Positions 39,219 through 45,603 of a DNA stretch of 64,000 bases are shown here, piece after piece; position 1 is the stretch's first letter; every line of letters begins with the position of its first letter. The DNA comes from an uncultured Bifidobacterium sp. (GTDB lineage: Bacteria; Actinomycetota; Actinomycetes; S36-B12; UBA5976): positions 91,708 to 155,707 of the forward strand of contig CAZZKM010000001.1 in NCBI GenBank assembly GCA_964655115.1, in the 5' to 3' direction. A model generated the notes under the pieces. It worked only from the letters and a program-made list of their open reading frames with translations, was not told the origin of the DNA and did no database searches. The translations under genes and the position numbers were made by a program.

Positions 39219-40241
39219 TTATAGCGCCTCTGCTTTAGCAGTGCTATGAACGTCAATTTCTCTAGAAATTTCTAAATCTTTTTCAGATATGTCTAATTGT
39301 TTTTCAATTAGTCCTTCTATTGTTGAGATTAATCGTTTTGCGCCTAGATCGTATTTATTTAACAAATATTTCAAAGAAGCTCCATGGGCGTAAGTATCAT
39401 TAAGTCCAATTCGAACCAATTTTTTGCCAATTCCTTCTTCTGCCATAATTTCTGAAACCGCGGTTCCTAATCCACCAACAATTGTGTGGTTTTCCATAGT
39501 TATTACGCCATGTTTAGCAGTTTTTATTGCTTCAATAATTTGTGGATCTGTTAAAGGTTTAATTGTAGAAACGTGTAAATGTTGAATAGTTACACCTTTA
39601 TTTTTTAATGCAGGTATGGCTCGTAAAGCTTCTTCGGTTGAAATTCCAGAAGAAATTACTGTTACATCAAAACCATGACTTAAAATTCTTGCTTTATTAA
39701 ATTCCATAACCTCATTTCGAGGAAATATTCTTGAAATCTCTCCGCGAAGCATACGAATGTAAACAGGTCCGTCAATTTTATGTGCTACATCTAAAACGGA
39801 TTCAACTTCTGTAGCATCACCTGTTTCTAGAATTGTCATATTTGGGATTCCACGCATAACATTTATGTCATCAATTGCTTGATGAGTAACGCCACCTGGT
39901 GTAGTGATTCCTGGTAAAAATCCCACCATTCTCACAGGTAGATTTGGATAAGCAACTGACATTTGTAATTGATCAAGAGGTCTTCTGTAAATAAAAACAG
40001 CAAAAGTGTGAATCCAAGGCTGGAATCCCTCACGGGCTAGACCTCCAGCAAAGCCCAACATATTTTGCTCACCTAATCCAAAAGAAAAAAATCTGTCTGG
40101 GTAGGTATCTCTAAATTTTCCAACTTCGCATGAGCTAGTTAAGTCGGCAGATAAGACTACGACTTCTGGTTTGTATTTGCTCCACTTAACAAAATTTTCA
40201 ACGTGAGGTCTTTTTACAATTTCATAAGCCATTATTTCCAC
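39219..40241 (-). CDS. transketolase, C-terminal (pyrimidine-binding + C-domain) subunit
   Basis: 340 aa with FSFGLGEQNMLGFAGGLAREG, HQAIDDINVMRGIPN and NHTIVGGLG. Confidence 0.85.
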   Translation of the reverse strand: MEIMAYEIVKRPHVENFVKWSKYKPEVVVLSADLTSSCEVGKFRDTYPDRFFSFGLGEQNMLGFAGGLAREGFQPWIHTFAVFIYRRPLDQLQMSVAYPNLPVRMVGFLPGITTPGGVTHQAIDDINVMRGIPNMTILETGDATEVESVLDVAHKIDGPVYIRMLRGEISRIFPRNEVMEFNKARILSHGFDVTVISSGISTEEALRAIPALKNKGVTIQHLHVSTIKPLTDPQIIEAIKTAKHGVITMENHTIVGGLGTAVSEIMAEEGIGKKLVRIGLNDTYAHGASLKYLLNKYDLGAKRLISTIEGLIEKQLDISEKDLEISREIDVHSTAKAEAL

Positions 40242-41152
40242 CTACTTAAAAATTGCATATATTTATTTTTTTCAAAAACATTTGCAAATCTCACATAATG
40301 AAGTGCATCAGGTCTGTCTTTTAAGATTTCAATACCTTTTGTTGGATCTGTGTAACCTAAAATAACTTTTGGTTTATCACCAATATTTAATCCAGAATTA
40401 AGAATTTGCTTTATATCATTTCCATCAATTTCATCAACATCCCAACCAAAACTTCTAATACGATCTGCTAAGGGTTCAATTTTCATAACTTTATCCATTG
40501 GTCCATCTACTTGATTTTTATTTACGTCAACCAAAATTCTTAAATTATTTAGTTCATGAAACGAAATAGCACCGAGGGCTTCCCAAGTTTGACCTTCTTG
40601 GAATTCTCCATCTGACATAAAAATCCAAGTTTTCCCAGATTCACCTTTTAGCTTTCTGGCTAATGCAACACCACCGGCTTGTGAAATTGCTTGAGCAAGA
40701 GAACCGGTTGTTGTTTCAAAACCTGGAGAGTGTTCTGCGCCAATCATTTCCACTGTAGAGCCATCTTTATTAAATTTCTCTAAAGATTTTTCTGTTAATC
40801 TTTTGCATTCGATTAGCGCAGCATAAACAACCAATGCATAATGTGCAGGACTAATAAATAAGCGATCTAATTCTGGTTTTTTTTCTCCATGAAACTCTGC
40901 TCCAGTTATGTAGTCTTTAAAATTTTTGCTTGGAACGTTTACAAATTCTCTTGGGTCTAATGGTTCTTTTAAAGGAGATAAGTTGACTAATCGGGAGTAC
41001 AAACTTGCCAACATTTCAGCAGCTGAGCAAGCTTGGCTTAGATAGCCCCCGTTGTTTATTACTGTATGTTCCAGGACTCGATGTCTGATCCCATGGGCCA
41101 TAGAGGCAATTTTTGATACTTCTGTCTCTGCGACAGTTTCGGAAGTAGTCAT
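40232..41152 (-). CDS. transketolase, N-terminal (ThDP-binding) subunit
   Basis: 306 aa with GGYLSQACSAAEMLASLY, GSLAQAISQAGG and the SDGEFQEGQTWEA ThDP motif. 10-nt overlap with the C-subunit gene. Confidence 0.85.
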   Translation of the reverse strand: MTTSETVAETEVSKIASMAHGIRHRVLEHTVINNGGYLSQACSAAEMLASLYSRLVNLSPLKEPLDPREFVNVPSKNFKDYITGAEFHGEKKPELDRLFISPAHYALVVYAALIECKRLTEKSLEKFNKDGSTVEMIGAEHSPGFETTTGSLAQAISQAGGVALARKLKGESGKTWIFMSDGEFQEGQTWEALGAISFHELNNLRILVDVNKNQVDGPMDKVMKIEPLADRIRSFGWDVDEIDGNDIKQILNSGLNIGDKPKVILGYTDPTKGIEILKDRPDALHYVRFANVFEKNKYMQFLSRWK

Positions 41153-41172
41153 TGCCTCAGAATAGCAAAGAG

Positions 41173-41193
41173 AATAGTTGTCCTACAAGTTTT
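41173..41193 (-). promoter_or_regulatory. operator copy 2 upstream of the transketolase/RLP operon
   Basis: The minus strand reads AAAACTTGTAGGACAACTATT. This is 19/21 identical to copy 1, with an identical 16-mer TTGTAGGACAACTATT, and lies 20 nt upstream of the ATG. Confidence 0.55.
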
Positions 41194-41207
41194 ATTTTTA
41201 AGGGTTT

Positions 41208-41246
41208 AAGGGCTCTTGGGGATTATTCAAGAGCCCTTATTTTTTT
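41208..41246 (+). terminator. 11-bp hairpin with plus-strand U-tract between whiB3 and the transketolase operon
   Basis: AAGGGCTCTTG-N9-CAAGAGCCCTT followed by ATTTTTTTT. Confidence 0.45.
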
Positions 41247-41272
41247 GGAGGGTTATTAGGGATAAGACTTAA

Positions 41273-41572
41273 TTAGCCAGCTACTGGCATTACTTCTTTA
41301 ACTGGTGCATAGAGTGCTTCGCGATCATCTTCACTCATCGCACCCCACACACCGTATGGTTCTCTAACTTCCAATGCATGTGCAGCACATTGCTTTAACA
41401 CTGGACAAGTTGCACAGATAGATTTCGCTAAAGCAATTCTTTGCTCGCGAGCAGGTCCACGCTCACCTTCGGGGTGAAAGAAGATTTCTGGATCTTCACC
41501 ACGGCAAGCACCCTTTAATTGCCAATCCCAAAGATCGGCATTTGGTCCAGGAAGTCTGGTTATGTCGGCCAT
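41273..41572 (-). CDS. whiB3: WhiB-family Fe-S transcription factor (WhiB3/WhiD orthologue)
   Basis: 99 aa. LPGPNADLWDWQLKGACRG...CATCPVLKQCAAHALEVREPYGVWGAMSE matches, by recall, the M. tuberculosis WhiB3 N-terminus and its four Cys. Confidence 0.9.
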   Translation of the reverse strand: MADITRLPGPNADLWDWQLKGACRGEDPEIFFHPEGERGPAREQRIALAKSICATCPVLKQCAAHALEVREPYGVWGAMSEDDREALYAPVKEVMPVAG

Positions 41573-41648
41573 TTTGAGATAAATCCTTTGTTAGAGCTTG
41601 TTTTATCTAAATATACAAAATTGTTCATAACTTAGTCAATCGCCCCGG

Positions 41649-42722
41649 ATGACTAATTTTGTGAAGTCGCTCTCACTTAGGCCTCGAATAGCCAAAGTTG
41701 TTCACTTGGTGAACAATATGCTCATGGGTTTAAATCCTGAGGAAGAAAACGTCATCACCCTAGGGCTCACGGTAGCCGTGGTGGCAAGACGTGTGGGGGT
41801 AGCTCCAGCGACCTTAAGAACCTGGGAACGCCGGTATGGCCTATGTCCCACGGATAGATCTCAAGGTGGACACCGCCGATATTGCATCACCGATATTGCT
41901 CGTCTAGAAATAATGCGAAAGTTAGTTCTTTCAGGAATGCCAGCAGGAGAAGCTGCCAAAGTTGCTTTAAATACCAAAGTTGAAAATATTTCAAATATCT
42001 CTCCAGTTGATCCAAACTCATTAAGTAGCAAAATAGAAAATTTAGTTAAAACTCTTGATCATTCAGAAAAATTTGGCCATCCAGGTGGAGGTCAAGTTTT
42101 ATCGATGGAAGGTGCTTCAAGTGCGGCTAGAGGACTTGCAAAAGCTGCTCACTCATTAGATAACCAGGCATGTAATCAAATAATTGCAGCAAGTATTAAC
42201 TCTCGAGGAGTTATTTGGACTTGGGAAAATTTAATTTCAAAAGTTTTAATCGCCATTGGTGCTAAATGGGAACAAACTGGTGATGGTATTGAAGCAGAAC
42301 ATGTTTTAAGTGAAGCAATTATTGGTCAAATGAGACTTAGAGCAGATCAATTAATTGCTCCTGTAAATATTCGACCTGTATTAATGGCATCTGCTCCAGA
42401 TGAATTACATACCATTCCACAATATGTAACTGCTGCAGCTTTAGCAGAAAGAAGAATTAGTTCCAAAGTATTGGGAGCAAGAGTTCCTTACACATCATTA
42501 ATAAATTCAGTAAAAAGACTTGCCCCAGCTGCAGTTTTAATCTGGGCTCAAATTCCTGTGAAAAATATTGATCCCGAATTAGAGAACTTAAGTAATTTAA
42601 GACCAAGTCCACTCATGTTGGTGGCAGGTCCTGGATGGCCTATGCAACTACCAAGTAATTTTAAAAGAAGTAGTGATTTAACGAGCACAATTACTGCAAT
42701 TACAAATTCTGTAGGTTTATAA
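41649..42722 (+). CDS. MerR-family regulator with CarH/LitR-like B12-binding C-terminal module
   Basis: 357 aa. MerR HTH LTVAVVARRVGVAPATLRTWERRYGL, W-x9-EH motif (KWEQTGDGIEAEH), and the ExHxx(G/P) B12-ligand motif ELHTIP. The start is probably an internal ATG at 41718 or 41724. Confidence 0.65.
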   Translation: MTNFVKSLSLRPRIAKVVHLVNNMLMGLNPEEENVITLGLTVAVVARRVGVAPATLRTWERRYGLCPTDRSQGGHRRYCITDIARLEIMRKLVLSGMPAGEAAKVALNTKVENISNISPVDPNSLSSKIENLVKTLDHSEKFGHPGGGQVLSMEGASSAARGLAKAAHSLDNQACNQIIAASINSRGVIWTWENLISKVLIAIGAKWEQTGDGIEAEHVLSEAIIGQMRLRADQLIAPVNIRPVLMASAPDELHTIPQYVTAAALAERRISSKVLGARVPYTSLINSVKRLAPAAVLIWAQIPVKNIDPELENLSNLRPSPLMLVAGPGWPMQLPSNFKRSSDLTSTITAITNSVGL

Positions 42723-42758
42723 AGAAACTTAAACATTCCATGAATCGTCTTATGATTC

Positions 42759-43292
42759 ATGAACATATTAGTCATAGAAGAAAACTTATCCAGAAGAAAG
42801 ATTATCCACAGAAAACTTCAGTTAACAAAAATACAATCTCAAATTATGTTAGTTCGAAATTTTAGACAAGCCCTTATATATTTAAGAAATTCTAAGATAG
42901 ATTTAGTTTTAATAAATACACAAATGTTCAATATTCTTTCAGAAATACAAAAAAAAGTTTTAAAAAACAGAAATGTAATTCTTTTAAGTATAAATAAAGA
43001 GATTTCTAAATCAAAAAATTCAACTCTATTTATTGAAGCAGAAGTTTCAGAGTATAAAAATCTTTTAATTAAAAATATGGCTAAAAAGCCTAAGATTAAA
43101 GTATTAAGTAAAAGAGAAAAAGAAATACTATTTTTAATAAGCCATGGCTTAAACAATAAAAAAATAGCCAAGAACTTAAAAATTCAAGATGCCACGATTA
43201 AGACTCATCTTCGAAGAATCAGGATTAAACTTCGCACAGAAAATAGGGCTCATTCTGTGGCCATGGCCCTAAGAAAAGGCGCCATCTCTTGA
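42759..43292 (+). CDS. LuxR-family HTH protein with degenerate receiver-like N-domain
   Basis: 177 aa. C-terminal LSKREKEILFLISHGLNNKKIAKNLKIQDATIKTHLRRIRIKL. N-terminal ILVIEEN...DLVLIN is receiver-like but atypical. The gene is very AT-rich by eye. Confidence 0.7.
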   Translation: MNILVIEENLSRRKIIHRKLQLTKIQSQIMLVRNFRQALIYLRNSKIDLVLINTQMFNILSEIQKKVLKNRNVILLSINKEISKSKNSTLFIEAEVSEYKNLLIKNMAKKPKIKVLSKREKEILFLISHGLNNKKIAKNLKIQDATIKTHLRRIRIKLRTENRAHSVAMALRKGAIS

Positions 43293-43357
43293 ACATGCTT
43301 TTGCTTGTTTTAGTCCTAAACAGCCAATATTTCTAACTCAAGATAGGCTTCTTTTTT

Positions 43358-44470
43358 GTGGCCGAAGTAGAAATTGGTGGAACCAAACGAGGCAGAGTTG
43401 CCTATTCATTTGACGATATCGCCCTTGTCCCAACCAGAAGAACTAGAAATCCAGAGGAAGTTTCAACCTCCTGGAAAATTGATGCTTACGAATTTGAATT
43501 TCCAATTATGGCTGCCCCCATGGATTCTGTGGTTTCTCCAGAAGTTGCAATTAGTTATGGCAAATTAGGTGGCTTAGCTGTTTTAAATCTTGAAGGATTA
43601 TGGACTCGTTATGAAGATCCTAAAAAAGAATTTAAAAAGATCATTGAAGCAAAACCAGAAACTGGTGTACAAGTTTTGCAACAAATATATAGTGCCGAAA
43701 TAAAACCAGAATTAATTAAAGAGAGAATCAAAGAAATTAAATCTGCTGGGGTAATAGCTGCAGCTGCACTTTCACCAAGATCAGTTACAAAATATTTTAA
43801 AGCTGTTATGGAAGCAGGAATTGATATTTTTGTAATTAGAGGTACAACAGTTAGTGCTGAACATGTTTCAAAAAATGAAGAACCAATTAATTTAAAGAAC
43901 TTTATTTATGAACTAGATGTTCCAGTAATTGTCGGAGGATGCGCTTCGAATCAAGCAGCTTTACATTTAATGAGAACAGGTGCTGCTGGAGTTTTAGTTG
44001 GATTTGGTGGAGGAGCAACACACACAACCTCTGATGTGTTGGGTGTAAAAGTTCCTATGGCAACTGCAGTTGCCGATGTAGCTTCGGCTAGAAGAGAATA
44101 TTTGGATGAATCAGGCGGAAGATACGTTCACGTCATTGCAGATGGCTCAATTGGTAAAAGTGGAGATATTAGTAAAGCAATAGCAATGGGTGCAGATGCA
44201 GTAATGATTGGTTCTGCTCTTGCCAGATCAAATTCGGCACCAGGATTTGGAAAGCATTGGGGAGTTGAAGCTGTTCATAAAGATTTACCTCGTGGTCAAG
44301 TTGTTGAACTTGGCACAGTAGGAACTCTTGAACAAATATTGTTTGGACCTTCCACAAATGCACAAGGAAATTTAAATCTAGTTGGTGCATTGAAGAAAGC
44401 CATGGCTACCACAGGTTATAGCGACTTAAAAGAATTACAAAGAATAGAAATAGTAGTAAATCCAGAATAA
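43358..44470 (+). CDS. IMP-dehydrogenase-family protein without CBS insert (GuaB3-like)
   Basis: 370 aa, GTG start, with a TIM barrel (FPIMAAPMDSV, IADGSIGKSGDISKAIAMGADAVMIGS). Confidence 0.8.
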   Translation: MAEVEIGGTKRGRVAYSFDDIALVPTRRTRNPEEVSTSWKIDAYEFEFPIMAAPMDSVVSPEVAISYGKLGGLAVLNLEGLWTRYEDPKKEFKKIIEAKPETGVQVLQQIYSAEIKPELIKERIKEIKSAGVIAAAALSPRSVTKYFKAVMEAGIDIFVIRGTTVSAEHVSKNEEPINLKNFIYELDVPVIVGGCASNQAALHLMRTGAAGVLVGFGGGATHTTSDVLGVKVPMATAVADVASARREYLDESGGRYVHVIADGSIGKSGDISKAIAMGADAVMIGSALARSNSAPGFGKHWGVEAVHKDLPRGQVVELGTVGTLEQILFGPSTNAQGNLNLVGALKKAMATTGYSDLKELQRIEIVVNPE

Positions 44471-44498
44471 ATTTTTGTTTTTAAGTTAGTATCAAAGT

Positions 44499-44846
44499 AT
44501 GGAAATAATTTATAACACGTTTGTTTTATTGCACTTCATTGGTTTAGCAGCTTTGTTTGGTGGATTCTTTGTACAAATGAGTTCAGCAACAAAAGTTGTA
44601 AATCCTGCCATGTTTCATGGTTCTCTTACTCAATTAGTTACAGGAATTGTCATGGTTGGTTTGGCAGAATCTGGAGCTGTTGAGGAAGATTTAAACATGA
44701 CCAAAATCAGTATTAAGTTACTGATTGTTTTAATTATTACAGGAATAGTTTTTGTTAACAGAAAGAAATCATCTGTTTCAAATTCAATTTGGTTAAGTAT
44801 TGGTTTATTGACTTTAGCCAATATGGCAATAGCAGTTTATATTTAA
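44499..44846 (+). CDS. small integral membrane protein, unknown function
   Basis: 115 aa with 4 predicted TM helices. I recognise no motif. Confidence 0.45.
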   Translation: MEIIYNTFVLLHFIGLAALFGGFFVQMSSATKVVNPAMFHGSLTQLVTGIVMVGLAESGAVEEDLNMTKISIKLLIVLIITGIVFVNRKKSSVSNSIWLSIGLLTLANMAIAVYI

Positions 44847-45589
44847 GCGTTAACCACAAAAAACATTTCAGCTAACTTACCCTCGGGTAAGTTAGCTGCT
44901 TTTGCAGCCATTGTTAACCAAGTTGTAACTCGTTCTCTTAAATCACCAACGTGTGCTGTCTGAGAAACATGTTGTTGTAAGGCCTCAAATTTTTTCTCCA
45001 CCACATTTGTAATATCAACAAAATGACTTGGTGAATGATGGGATAAAACCCAAATTAAAGGCACACTCCAAGGCTCTAAACCTTCCTTTAACAAATGTGG
45101 AAAAGCAAATTGATTTCTAGCATCTGGATAAACAGCTTGAATTGCAGTTTCTCCAACTGCTAAATGATCTGGATGAGATGCTGGCATTCTGGCCCAGTTT
45201 CTTTCAGGTGATTGGGTGATTAAAACATCTGGTTTTACTTTTCGAATCACTTTTACAAAATCTTCTCTCAAAGAAAGAGTTGGAACAATTGATCCATCAT
45301 CTTTTCCTAAATAAATTACTTCTTTAACCCCTAAAACTTTTGCGGCATCACTTTGTTCTGTGCGACGAATTTTTCTCATTTCATCTCTTGAAATACTTGC
45401 ATCTTCGCCACCTTGATGACCATCTGTTGTGATGCAATAGGTGACTTCCACACCACTTTGTACTAATAAAGCGATAGTTCCTGCACCACCAAAATCAATA
45501 TCATCTGGATGAGCAGTTATTACTAATACTTTGGATCCGGGTTTAGGAAATTCCAGAGGTGTTAGAACAGGCGAAGTCATATAGAACAA
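44843..45589 (-). CDS. PIG-L/LmbE-family deacetylase (MshB/Mca-related)
   Basis: 248 aa with the VLVITAHPDDIDFGGAG zinc-site motif and HPDH. Confidence 0.8.
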   Translation of the reverse strand: MFYMTSPVLTPLEFPKPGSKVLVITAHPDDIDFGGAGTIALLVQSGVEVTYCITTDGHQGGEDASISRDEMRKIRRTEQSDAAKVLGVKEVIYLGKDDGSIVPTLSLREDFVKVIRKVKPDVLITQSPERNWARMPASHPDHLAVGETAIQAVYPDARNQFAFPHLLKEGLEPWSVPLIWVLSHHSPSHFVDITNVVEKKFEALQQHVSQTAHVGDLRERVTTWLTMAAKAANLPEGKLAEMFFVVNA

Positions 45590-45603
45590 TTTAGACTTAA
45601 GCA

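Noticed and set aside
38110-41152. Interpreting RLP plus split transketolase as one of the published D-apiose pathways.
   Set aside because: I see no apiose isomerase or dehydrogenase, apionate oxidoisomerase, DUF1537-type kinase or lactonase in the window. In addition, the shared operator ties these genes to MtnA and MtnK. The possibility is kept as a comparison to test and is not a call.
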